46,861 nt of DNA from Octopus bimaculoides (lineage: Eukaryota), in the NCBI RefSeq assembly GCF_001194135.2, contig NC_068981.1, positions 189,248,758-189,295,618 of the forward strand. The letters are read 5' to 3'. This document shows, one piece after another, positions 26,575 through 36,945 of the stretch (position 1 is the first letter of the stretch; each line of letters begins with the position of its first letter). The position numbers and the translations under genes are program-made. Below the pieces are notes generated by a model. That model saw only the letters and a list, made by a program, of their open reading frames with translations, had not been told where the DNA came from and made no database searches.

Positions 26575-26962
26575 GTGGAGGCGCAATGGCCCAGTGGTTA
26601 GGGCAGCAGACTCGCGGTCATAGGATCGCGGTTTCGATCCCCAGACCAGGCGTTCTGAGTGTTTATTGAGCGAAAACACATAAAGCTCCACGAGGCTCCG
26701 GCAGCGGATGGTGGTGAACCCTGCTGTACTCTCTCACCACAACTTTCTCTCACTCTTACTTCCTGTTTCTCTTGTACCTGTAATTCAAAGGGTCAGCCTT
26801 GTCACACTATGTCACACTGAATATCCCCGACAACTATGTTAAGGGTACATGTGTGTGTGGAGTGCTCAGCCACTTGCACGTTAAATTCACGAGCAGGCTG
26901 TTCCGTTGATTGGATCAACTGGAACCCTCGACATCGTAAGTGACGGAGTGCCAACAACAACA
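26575..26962 (+). mobile_element. tRNA-derived SINE family C, full length, (CAA)n tail, 13-bp TSD
   Basis: A-box TGGCCCAGTGG (26587-26597) and B-box GGTTTCGATCC (26630-26640). TSD ACTTCGGTTTACG (26562-26574) / ACTTCAGTTTACG (26963-26975). Confidence 0.9.
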
Positions 26963-27347
26963 ACTTCAGTTTACGAACACCTCTGATCATGATGAAATCG
27001 TGCTTTATATATATCTATCTATATTTATAAAGCATGATTTATTTGCGATCAGAGTTGTTTGAAAACTGAGGTACTACTGTATCTTAAGAATTCTATTCAC
27101 AATTTTATTTTAAGAAGTAACTTCTTTAACACCAACACATTCTGAGACCCTCAGCATTTATTCTTAGTTGAATGCATATTTTCATAACATTGGTAACCTT
27201 CTTTAATCATAACACTGACCCCTCTAGGATTTACATTTAAATTGAGTTCTCTTAAGCTACCCTTATAAATATTTCATAGGAATCATGATTCTGAAGCAGT
27301 ACCTGTATTTGGGTAACTATACAAAATAAACAAACAAGAAAAATGAA

Positions 27348-28064
27348 CTAATGGTTGCAATAACGATTATTTCTCTGAAGCCAATCTCTGATCTTAACTG
27401 CTGAATTGAAGACAGGTTTTTCAAGTTACCTCTCATCAATTAATAATATATAAAGCTTTGAAGCTGATAAATTGCACATGTAGTTGATTGCTCTCTTTAA
27501 TGTATCTGGATCTTTCAAGAAGCTGTTTGGCTTATGTAAGATTTAGCAATCAATAATCCCTGCTACAATTATGATGTAGCTTTCTGTTCGCTCAGCTGCA
27601 TACATTGCATTTAGAAAACTATCATTTTGCCTATCTGCTTGCATAATTTCCAAAACTGGATTAATTTTATATGTCAGTTCAATTGCAAATACTTTCTTTG
27701 GGGTGATGGAGTGTATAATTGCATCTGACCTTGGACTATCAATTTTATATGGTGAGGAAACTGCTTCTGGATTTACAGAACTTAGTCTGCAACCCATCTT
27801 GAAAAAAGTCTTTACACAATCCTATTTGCAAACATATAGCTTTCTGATATTGTTCCTGAAAATGCGATATAACACTCTTTGAGTAACATTTCTCTTTGTT
27901 CACAACATATTGATTGTTCTTAAAATAGTTCATATAATTTCATCTGGATGCCAAACAAACTTCACCTCTATAGCATATGAAAATTTTGAAACAGATACAT
28001 CAGATTACAGTATCTCATAATATTCTAGTCTATGGGGATATTCCAATTATTTCAGTTGTGAGGT
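27348..28064 (-). pseudogene. Decayed 239-codon reading frame (7 internal stops), tentatively SAM-like + TIR-like; lies in the inferred 3' UTR of the minus-strand gene
   Basis: Single frame: TSQLK*LEYPHRLEYYEIL*SDV...VWHPDEII*TILRTINML*TKRNVTQRVLYRI...CK*DCVKTFF...SDAIIHS...ESYIIIVAGIIDC*...KDPDTLKRAI...LYILLIDER*...VFNSAVKIRDWLQR. Domain identity is from by-eye comparison only. Confidence 0.35.
28030..28064 (-). CDS. Putative terminal coding exon of the minus-strand gene (DLTTEIIGISP*)
   Basis: Acceptor TTTTTTTTATGTATTCAG. The phase-1 join to the 30212-29986 exon gives an open frame to TAG at 28032-28030. Confidence 0.5.
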
Positions 28065-28439
28065 CTGAATACATAAAAAAAAAGAGTAAGATCATTAAAA
28101 TTTAGTAAACTCTGTTTGGTCAAACATTGTAAATTTATTTCATGGACTCATTATTCAGCAGCCTTCAGGAATGGACTTAACTGCATTTTAGTTTTAATCA
28201 TGAGGAAAAGCAGTGCCTATGACCATTAAGAGGGTTTCAAGTGATATGGAAGGAGGAAAATATCCTCAAAGCAGAAAACTGGCCTGAATGCTTGCAAAAG
28301 AGTGGGCTCAACTAAAAGCAACCACATTGCTTAGTAGTGGTTTTAACTGAGCAAAGGATTAAGTATAACACCCAAATAGACTACAGCAGTATTTGAAATG
28401 AGAATGCAAAGTGCTAAAGTGAATACAAGGCATCCAGTC

Positions 28440-28610
28440 CAACAATCTTATGGTGTCATTAATACACCACGATGGATTAATATTTTTTTTTTACGTCAAC
28501 CACAAAAGGATGAAAAGTTAAGCAGACATCAATAGAATTTGAACTCAGAGAGCACAATGTCAGAACAAATATCACAATGCATTTTTACCAACAATCTAAT
28601 GACTGCCACA
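28440..28610 (-). mobile_element. Degenerate SINE family B copy
   Basis: CAAAAGGATGAAAAG...AGAATTTGAACTCAGA matches family B. Confidence 0.6.
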
Positions 28611-28659
28611 TTTTTTCAAGCAAAGGGTTCAATCACTTGTCATTGCCCTTGTGAAACTC

Positions 28660-29460
28660 AGCATTCGAAGATCATGCTTCACCACCTCATCCCACATCTT
28701 TCTGGGTTTCCTCCACTAAGATTGGCACTTCTTTACACAGCTGTCCTAATCCATACACATCACATGACCATACCAGTACAGTCTTCTCTTGCACACCACA
28801 TCTGATGCCTCTTACACCTAGTTTTCCTCTCAAGATGCTTACACTCTGCCATACATGCACACTGACATCACACATCCATCAGAGAATACTAACTTCATTT
28901 CTTTCAAGCCTTTGCATGTCCGCTGCAGTGACAGCTCACATTTCACTGCCAAGTTGCATGACTGTTCACACACAGGCATCATACAATCTACCTTTTATTC
29001 TGAAGGAGAGGCCCTTTGTTACCAACAAAGGTAGAAGCTCTCTGAACTTTGCCCAGCTTATCCTTATTCTAACAGTTACACTCTCAGAGCATCCAGCTCG
29101 ACTGCTGACTTGGTTGCCTAGGTCACGGAAGCTATCTACTGCTTCTAAGTATCCCTCAGAACATTTGACAGTCTATTTTCTGTACATTTCTAGTGTTTAT
29201 TGAACCTACACACTTTCTATACACAAAAACTACTTTCTCTGTTAACATTCCTCTGATACTGCTGCACCTTATGTGTCTATAGCGTGCATTGGATGCATTT
29301 TATGTAACTTCTACCCACATTGTTTCTCCATATCGAGCAGGGCCATCACCCTGAAGGGATTTGTGATTTGATTGTTTTCCTACTTAAGACTTTGTTAAAT
29401 TATCTCTAAGGCCCTTCTGTTAGATTCACTCAACAAATTTTCTCTAAGTGATCGTCACAT
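28660..29460 (-). mobile_element. RTE-type LINE RT C-terminal fragment with an inserted PHD-like Cys/His cluster
   Basis: WPCSIWRNNVGRSYIKCIQCTL*THK-C...FVYRKC, then LEAVDSFRDLG...RIRISWAKFRELLPLL...LGSEM*AV..DMQRLERNE...WMCDVS...KLGVRGIRCGVQE. Confidence 0.88.
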
Positions 29461-29985
29461 ATTGTCCATAGTCACCTTTTCTAGTGTGTATAAAGAGAAG
29501 AGAGGTTACACTTCCTCTACAGATCAGAGCTTTGTGTCTAATAATAAACTTTTGCCTTACAACTCCACTGTATCTATCAGTTAATATCTTGTGATATATT
29601 TTGGCTTTTTAAAATTATATTTTTGTCTTCTTTTTTCATTTTACATAGCATCTTTGTTGATTATACATTTTGTAGCTGAAGTATTTATTACTTATTTTGC
29701 ATCATTGCAGGTTTAATATTTTTTTATTAAAACAGTTTCATTGCTTCAACATTTCATTTTTTTTTTTTGCGCTTTTGTTTTATTTAAGAATTTGTTTTTT
29801 GTTTCATTTACAAGATTTATATTTTCAATATTCAATAAGATTTTACATTTTTACACATTCAATTTTTTATCATTATTATTTTTGTATTCAAAGAAGATAA
29901 TGCTCTCATATTTGACATTTTTACAATTTATTTCAATTTATATTGTTTTCATATTTTTATTAATTCTACTAATGTCAGCTTTTAC

Positions 29986-30212
29986 CAAAGTTTGTTTTCC
30001 AGTAGCTACAACTATATAATCTAGTGAGTCGAATAGCCACTAATACATCCTGCTTAGTCATTCTGAGATTTAGACTTTCATTTGTATCACTGAGACTAAG
30101 ATGCTTAATTGACAATAGATCAAATAGACGCAGACATGGCAATTGAGTTAAGAAGTTTGGCACCAATTGAGTGTCTTCAATTGACCAATGACTGGTAAGT
30201 GAAATTTGGTAG
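29986..30212 (-). CDS. Internal exon (227 nt, phase 2 to 1) of an unidentified protein
   Basis: Acceptor GTCTTCTATGTGTTTCTCAG and donor G|GTAAAA. The only open frame gives YQISLTSHWSIEDTQLVPNFLTQLPCLRLFDLLSIKHLSLSDTNESLNLRMTKQDVLVAIRLTRLYSCSYWKTNF, phase-compatible with both neighbours. Confidence 0.65.
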
Positions 30213-30797
30213 CTGAGAAACACATAGAAGACCATTTTACGTGTGTGCATGTGAATACATACATGTGCACCTATATCACTAATAATTATTGGGACAAAAT
30301 GTACACATTTACAAGAGAATCAATAAAACTGAAGTGTTCACAAAAGTACATTTTTGTATTTTTCTGTTTAACTTACATTCACTTCCTTGGCACTCTGACC
30401 TCAGAAATTCAGTGAACCAGATGTCTTTCTTGTCACCAAAACTCACCTGTTTCCAAGCAAGGTAATATTTCCACTAAGGCTGGACATTTTCATGAAAGAC
30501 TGGAAACAACACACTACTTATATGATGGTGATTGTTTAAAACTATGGCATGATATCAAGACAAAGAGACACACACACACACACACACACATTTTAGACCA
30601 AATTCAAATATAAGCCATTTGATTGATTAACAACGATTCAACTACTAACAGATTTCCACTTCCAACTTACTAATGTATCCTCCCTTGCTGCATTTCACCT
30701 GGACACTACACTGAACATTTCATACAATTATTCCCCAGAACAAAGGTTATCTGGAAGACCCTCCCTGTCTATATTTTTCCTTCAGAGACCAGCATAC

Positions 30798-30884
30798 AGA
30801 TGTTCAAATTTAGCATCGATCATATTAATACCACTTATCTGAGAGAACCTGAGAACATCCTGCTGACTGGTCTTTCTTCTTTGC
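30798..30884 (-). CDS. Internal exon (87 nt, phase 2 to 2) of an unidentified protein
   Basis: Acceptor AATTTTCTTAAGTTAG and donor CT|GTATGC. The only open frame gives (K)QRRKTSQQDVLRFSQISGINMIDAKFEH(L). Confidence 0.6.
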
Positions 30885-31617
30885 CTAACTTAAGAAAATT
30901 AATTTTCAGACAGTTCATTGCTTTGTGTTGAAGTACAGACATCCTCTAACCTCTTCTTTTTACATATGTATTTGCTTATATGGAGTAAAATCTAAATTGC
31001 TTCAATCTCATATTCAATAAGTTACTAATGCACTCTTAAATTCTATGATGTTTGTTTTGTTGTTTCATTTGCTGGATATTCCTTGTCTAGATTCAACAAA
31101 CATAGTTTCACTACTTCTTATAATATAAATAAAGATATGATGATATACATTGAAAACTGTAGGTATGTCATAAGAAGGACAGTAAAAAGTAAAGGCTCTT
31201 ACTCATTCTTTAACAAGGTTTAGAGAAATTAGCAAACACATTTATCAAGAACATAAACAACCAGTGGCTTATGTTGAGCAGAAATTTAAGTGTGCATAAT
31301 ATCCATGTACAGAGAGCATTTTCCTAACACGTTTTTTTTTTTTTACACCGTCACTACAATCACAACAATCAACATAACATACTGATCTAAGTATTGAGAA
31401 TGCAACATGCTATGTAAACATTATGAAGCAAAGCAATAGTGATGTCTTTAGCAAATAAACTTATCAGCAGGGAAGATTAAATCCAAACAGGTAGTTATTT
31501 AAGTAAAAATAATAATTAAAAAAACAAAAAAAACAGTAACAAAATTGATTTTGCAAACAAAAATTTCAATTGCCAAAACACTTAACCAGCATATAATAGT
31601 ATATAATATCAACATAC

Positions 31618-31695
31618 TTAGAAACTATAACAGTCATTCGAAGCTGCCAACTATCTGCCAGCTTTTCCTTCTCTTTCTTTTGGTGAACATAAAAC
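31618..31695 (-). CDS. Internal exon (78 nt, phase 2 to 2) of an unidentified protein
   Basis: Acceptor TTTATTACTCTACAG and donor AA|GTATGT. The only open frame gives FYVHQKKEKEKLADSWQLRMTVIVS(K). Confidence 0.62.
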
Positions 31696-32569
31696 CTGTA
31701 GAGTAATAAACAGGTAAAGTGTCTTATATTACAGTTAATAGCACTCAGCAGAAACTACATGCCCAGAACCCCAAAACATTAAGGATCTTTTTACTATGCT
31801 CACACACAAAAAGAAACTGTACTTTTAGGTCCCATAAAAACAAGTATAAATAAGAAAGGGAATGCTATGAATAAATGATTGAGTTTGCATCAGTTTAAAT
31901 GCCTGTCACGTTTATGTTCAGTATTTTATCAAGAGATGCAAACAACTGTCATAATTTGCATTTCTTAAAGAAGTGTCATAAAAAAGTTTCTTTTCTTGCT
32001 ATGTACCAGTGAACATGAAGTAAAACAATTACAAAAAAGGATACCATAAATAAATGAAATGCATACAAGATAAACAAAGACAATTGTCACAAAATAACAT
32101 CATTTAATTGCCTAATGTAAAAAGGTGAACAAGTAAAGCTACATAATACAACAGCATTATATTCTTTGAAATTCCCAAGTGATCCAAAACAAAATTACAA
32201 TCCTTATATCAATAGTAAAAAAACAACTCTAGATACAACTTTCATCCCAGAAAATTGACTTACTTAAAACAAAAATTTTAACACGAGAAATACTTTTTTT
32301 TCTTCACATCCACAATTTCTATTTGGAAATATCTCAAAAGGAGCAGCTTTGCAACGATCTTAAGCAATTTTCTAACTAGACTGACATTTCTGTATTTTAT
32401 ATCCTTTGACTGTAGTTTTAATTTAAATTTCATTAAATGGAATATTCTGTACAGAATATTTTTTTTTCCAATACAAATATAAGGCCTTTATCAGTTTCTA
32501 TGATTATTTACAAGACTTTCTTGACCTTGTTTCCCTGCATTATTCTTATGTCATTATCTGTTTTAGCAT

Positions 32570-32700
32570 TCCACAGAGGTCGACATTGCCTTTCATCTTT
32601 CGGGGTTGATAAATTAAGTACCAGTTGCATTCTGGGGTCGATCTAATCAACTGGCCCCACCTCCCCAAAAATGTCAAGCCTTGTGCCTAGAGTAGAAAAG
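32570..32700 (+). mobile_element. SINE family B, 3' half
   Basis: GAGGTCGACATTGCCTTTCATCTTTCGGGGTTGATAAATTAAGTACCAG. Confidence 0.8.
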
Positions 32701-33198
32701 ATTAACTGCTTTAGCATCAACATTCTCTAATAAACAGCCATAAAACTTCTTGACAAACTACTTTCCATGCCCAAAGTGGTCAACAAACCAACACAAGGTT
32801 AGCTGCATAAGAGGAGCTAATATATCTAATATATTTAACCACACCACTTCTCCAAATGTTAAATAACTGGAAATTATACTTAGCTTTAATGAATTACTAC
32901 TAAAGATCACAGTGAGAACTCCAAAATCCTAATCACTATATTTGTATATAATAGGCACTCGTATTGTATACCACCAATCCCAGAAAAATATCATGTACAA
33001 TTCACAGTTTAATCAGGTATATTTTAAATGCTGAATAAAATACACTGAAAAAGTTCAAAAACCCTATATGAAACAAAAAGCAATTCTGAATGTTACTAGT
33101 GTAGTACTTCAAATGTACACCCACCATAATTTCAACAAATAAAAGCCTCATTTCTTTAAGAAAATCAATATGAATTTGACAAGGACAGAATATTTAAA

Positions 33199-33700
33199 CC
33201 CTTTAGAGTTTAGATCGGCCATAACCAGCTGAAAATTATTCCTCTTTACTTGAGCTGCCCAAACCTGGCTGTATCTGATTTCTCTATGAAATCACATTTT
33301 TGAGTTCTCATAGCTTTGAGATAAGGCAAGATAAAGCCTTTCCTGCCTTTATTCAAGTAAAAATACGGTGAAATTTTTGAGACTTTTTTTTTTTCTACAT
33401 TTGAAGAGAAGTGTATATCTCAGTTTTTAATGACATGGTGTCAGCAAGTAGCAATTCCAACTTCAAAGGTTCTTTGCTTGATGATGTACAAAATATAAAT
33501 GAACAGTGATTTGTCTTCAGATGAATCATATTGACATTTATGAATCGTCGTCAGATGAGGAAGATTTTGATAATGAAAGTGATGAAAATGATATTGAAAA
33601 CATTATGGCAACATGATTGAAGATTACCACAGCAACCACAAGTCCCACTTTCACAGAAACGACTAGTCCACAATACAGTGTACCTCCCAGAATCTAATGA
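33199..33700 (+). mobile_element. piggyBac-like element left end with a decayed acidic N-terminal coding stretch
   Basis: TTAA(A)CCCTTTAG terminus related to the 41567 MITE. Downstream SSDEEDFDNESDENDIE-type tract typical of piggyBac transposase N-termini. Right end not found. Confidence 0.5.
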
Positions 33701-33851
33701 ACTGTTTTCTAATTTAAGAAAAAATTTAAGTACATAATATATATTTAGTATCATGCTAAAATCAATAATAAAATGAAAGGGAAACATAGGCACAACAGGC
33801 TTACAAAGATCCAAAAATCATGGTCATCAGCCTTTAAAATGGAAGTATTTA

Positions 33852-34055
33852 GGATCAGTTGTAGCTTTGTGGTAAGAAGTTTTCTTCCCATCCACATGGT
33901 TATGAGTTCAGTCCTACAGCAAGGCACATTGGTCTAATGTCTGTTTACTATAACCTCAAACCAACAGAAGAGTTGTGAGTAGATTTGGTGGACAGAAACT
34001 GAAAGAAGCCTGTCGCGTGTGTGTGAGCACGTGCATGTTCCCTACCACTGCTTGT
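33852..34055 (+). mobile_element. SINE family A copy (5' half, degenerate)
   Basis: GTGGTAAGAAG...GAGTTCAGTCC...GATTTGGTGGACAGAAACTGAAAGAAGCC. Confidence 0.75.
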
Positions 34056-34394
34056 GGTATCAGTTCTTTGGTCAAACTGCTGGTACTGCATTCGACAATA
34101 TTTTAACTCAGATTCCCAAGCAGTATCTTATTCTCCATGACTTTTCATTTGTATTACCTATATTGATTAGTTCTCAATTCAACATTGATGCTGAATGATT
34201 AAAATATTTAATGATTTCAAGTATTTACTTCTCCATTTCATGTTCACACTTCAATTATAAGAGTATTTACTTAGGAAGTATTTTCAATAATGAAAGTATT
34301 TACATCAAAAGCATTTACATCAAAAGCATTTACATTCTCGGTTATGTCTTTCATGTCTTTCTATATTGAAGGTTCATCATGATCATCTAACATC

Positions 34395-34550
34395 TGCTTT
34401 CCATACTGATATGAGTTGGATGATTTGGCAGGAGCTGGCAAGGCGAAAGGCCACACCAGGTTCCAGAGTTTGTTTTGGCCTAGTTTGATGCCCTTCCTAA
34501 CGCCAACCACTTTACAGAGTGTACTGCATGCTTTTTACATAGCACCTGAC
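34395..34550 (-). mobile_element. RTE-tail retroposon copy (degenerate)
   Basis: GATGCCCTTCCTAACGCCAACCACTTTACAGAGTG is the reverse complement of the family motif. Confidence 0.7.
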
Positions 34551-34632
34551 CAGTACCATTTTGGACCTGTGTTAACAGTGCACAAATAGTTATGTATAAG
34601 TAGTATACATGTTAAACAATTTCAACATCATA

Positions 34633-35001
34633 TTATTACCTCTGCCTTCGCTAAGGCAGAGGTATTGTTTTGAGTTGTGTTTGTTTGTTTGTCTGTGGAC
34701 AAGATATCTCAAACAACGCTGGATGGATTCAGATGAAACTTTCAGGGATGTTTGACTCCATGACTGGCACAAACTGATTAGATTTTGGGATCGATCCAGT
34801 ACCGGACAAGGATTCTGGATTATTTTTCCTGTTCTTTTACTTAATTTTTGAGACCGATCAGGTTCATTTTTAGTATTCTCGTTTGTGAGAGCAGTCGAGT
34901 TTATTTCAGATATTCTCATCTTAAAAATCATCTCTGGTTAATCGTTGAAAGGATGTTGGTGTTGCCTTGGTGGAGGTTTTCACTCTCTGAGTGCTCTTTT
35001 T
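34633..35001 (+). mobile_element. Non-autonomous Helitron/Helentron-associated (HINE/DINE-like) element
   Basis: 5' hairpin ACCTCTGCCTT-CGCT-AAGGCAGAGGT (34638-34663), (GTTT)n tract, subterminal inverted copy GGTGGAGGT, 3' stem-loop CACTC-TCT-GAGTG (34981-34993) and T-rich end. Confidence 0.7.
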
Positions 35002-35091
35002 ATACACTGCATATGTATTACTGATTATTACAGTGGGTTAATGAAACTAACCCGTATAAGTTCTTGTACCAGTGTGTTTACACAAACAGCC

Positions 35092-35093
<2 letters not shown>

Positions 35094-35137
<44 letters not shown>
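35094..35137. repeat. (TA)n microsatellite
   Basis: Seen directly. Confidence 0.95.
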
Positions 35138-35140
<3 letters not shown>

Positions 35141-35289
35141 GTCATGCTTTGTTACACAAAGAGATTAATACCATAAGAGAAAAGATGAATGAAATGTAGG
35201 AGAGTGATAGAGGGATGAGAGAGTATCAAAAGAGACAGGAGAAGCATCAGATGTAGCCTCGACAGAGACATTTCAATAAGAGACCCAAA

Positions 35290-35610
35290 TGTTGATTATC
35301 TCCAAGCCTCTAACACTTGCAGCTTAACAACTGTTTCACCAATGCTTTGCATATGTTTACCACAGCATTACATTTCACCAAATGCTCACACCATCTTGGT
35401 GAGGATCAGCATCCTTGAGATAAGTTTTCACCATTTCATCCCATGTTTCTTTTGGTCTCCCTTGAACAGGTTTCATCCATTTTGCTCAGTTGTTATCCTT
35501 CATATACATTACATGCCTGTATCAGCCATCGTCTTTGCTTATCACACAACGCCTAATAGAATACTCTTAATTTTGCTACTATGATTTCTGAATGCCTACT
35601 TCAAGTGATA
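35290..35610 (-). mobile_element. Highly decayed RTE LINE 3' fragment
   Basis: GGGAGACCAAAGAAACATGGGATGAAATGGTGAAA corresponds to the GRP.KTWDE..K motif of 7572-8385 and 28660-29460. Confidence 0.6.
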
Positions 35611-35831
35611 TTTAAACCACCTGAGGAACACAAGCAATTGACTACTTCTAGCAAGCTATCAGAGCTTTGGAGAGAATATTCCATGCATAGTTTTAGCGTT
35701 TAGTACTCTTGAGCATCTACTACATACACTAGCCAGCCAATGATAAAGATAAAAAGAAAACGATACAAAAATTGTCTCATCCAGAGACAATACTAAAACA
35801 ATTGGGTTAATGGGTGGTTTAAAATACATAC

Positions 35832-35872
35832 TTAAATATATTTGTGTCTTTGGATAATGATGAATACTGGTC
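35832..35872 (-). CDS. Candidate internal exon (41 nt, phase 0 to 2) of the minus-strand gene
   Basis: Acceptor TATATTTTAAATGTATAG and donor AA|GTATGT. Reads DQYSSLSKDTNIF(K) and joins in frame to 31695. Confidence 0.45.
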
Positions 35873-36307
35873 CTATACATTTAAAATATATATAAATGAG
35901 TGCTCCCATATATGCTTATACATATCTATATACACATCTGTACAAATGCACAAATACCACCTGGGCCAACTTTGCCTTTCATCATTTTGGGGGTTGATCA
36001 AGTACCAGCCATCTTGATTTGTGGGTTCAGATGTTACTGGGAAATAGACTTCACTGATGAAATTGAACATTTCAAAGTTCATAGAATATTTTGATTTCTG
36101 TTATGTGCTCTCCTCTCTGACACACTCTTCTATTTCCATAAGAAGTATTCCACAAAGTAAACAATGTTACACACTCAACACTTGCCAATACATTTTTTAT
36201 TGTTGGTTCTCATTTGTAGTAATGCCAACAGCTTCATTAAATTTAATATTACATCTGGCCAGATCATCATTAACTTGTGAAGTAAATCTCTTTTGCAAAA
36301 CTTTTAC

Positions 36308-36361
36308 TGCATGAACTTGATTTTTGTGATACAAAACAGTGGCCTGAAGAATATTTATTTC
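36308..36361 (-). CDS. Weak candidate exon (phase 0 to 0)
   Basis: Acceptor CATGTTTTAG, reads EINILQATVLYHKNQVHA, donor GCA|GTAAAA. An alternative donor lies after 36275. Confidence 0.25.
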
Positions 36362-36798
36362 CTAAAACATGCCTAATCAATTTTTTTTCATGTAAAATTC
36401 CATCAGCTAAGAAAATTTATGCTTTGTAATGAAGCAAGACTTATTTAACTTTCGCAAATACTCTGCATTGTCTGCATATAAAATTCTGCTCAACTGCAAA
36501 AAAATACTTCTTCCAGAGACCTCATTCATTATAAAACATTCAAATTCTTAGAGTAGATAAATACAATCTTTTCTACAGATCTACCAGTCTTTTCCATCAT
36601 CAAACATTTGTCTTCCATACTGGTTCAATAGTTTGACAAGACCTAACAAATTGGAGGACTGTGTTGAGATCTTTGACAGTTTTTACAACTGAATACCCTT
36701 CCTAATAATGCCCACCACTTTACAGACTGTATTTCAATTGTTGGATATGATTCCAGAGTTTGGTGCAGCTGACAAAATTACAATATATTCTTCCTCAC

Positions 36799-36945
36799 TC
36801 TTAGATCAATTATTAGGACTATGTCTGACATAGAAATATCTTTTCTGATGTGAAATGGATTAGCCATGGGTTTCCTGATATGAGAAAATATGTGGTCCAT
36901 CATTGGTGTTTAAGCCTTAACTTGATGCACAGCACATGTTATTTC
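36799..36945 (-). other. Weak candidate exon or pseudo-exon (147 nt, phase 0 to 0, one in-frame TAA); an internal acceptor at 36875 gives a stop-free 76-nt exon
   Basis: Acceptor ATTCTAAATGTTTAG and donor AGA|GTGAGG. Reads EITCAVHQVKA*TPMMDHIFSHIRKPMANPFHIRKDISMSDIVLIIDLR. Confidence 0.25.

Noticed and set aside
26575-26650. tRNA-like sequence with A and B boxes
   Set aside because: It is the head of a TSD-flanked SINE, with no complete cloverleaf.
27950-28030. YYEIL...WHPD resembling a DnaJ J-domain
   Set aside because: Spacing is about 3 residues short, and the helix following HPD does not match.
29697-30019. Hydrophobic F/I/L-rich ORFs here and at 37997-38323
   Set aside because: T-rich low-complexity sequence; these are compositional artefacts.
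29986-30212. Alternative readings of the 227-nt exon as an MCMDC2-like lid (LNLR..K.DVL.A..L) or as leucine-rich repeats (LxxLxLxxT)
   Set aside because: Each needs several unexplained deletions and neither explains the flanking exons. They are not excluded, and show how unreliable by-eye alignment is here.
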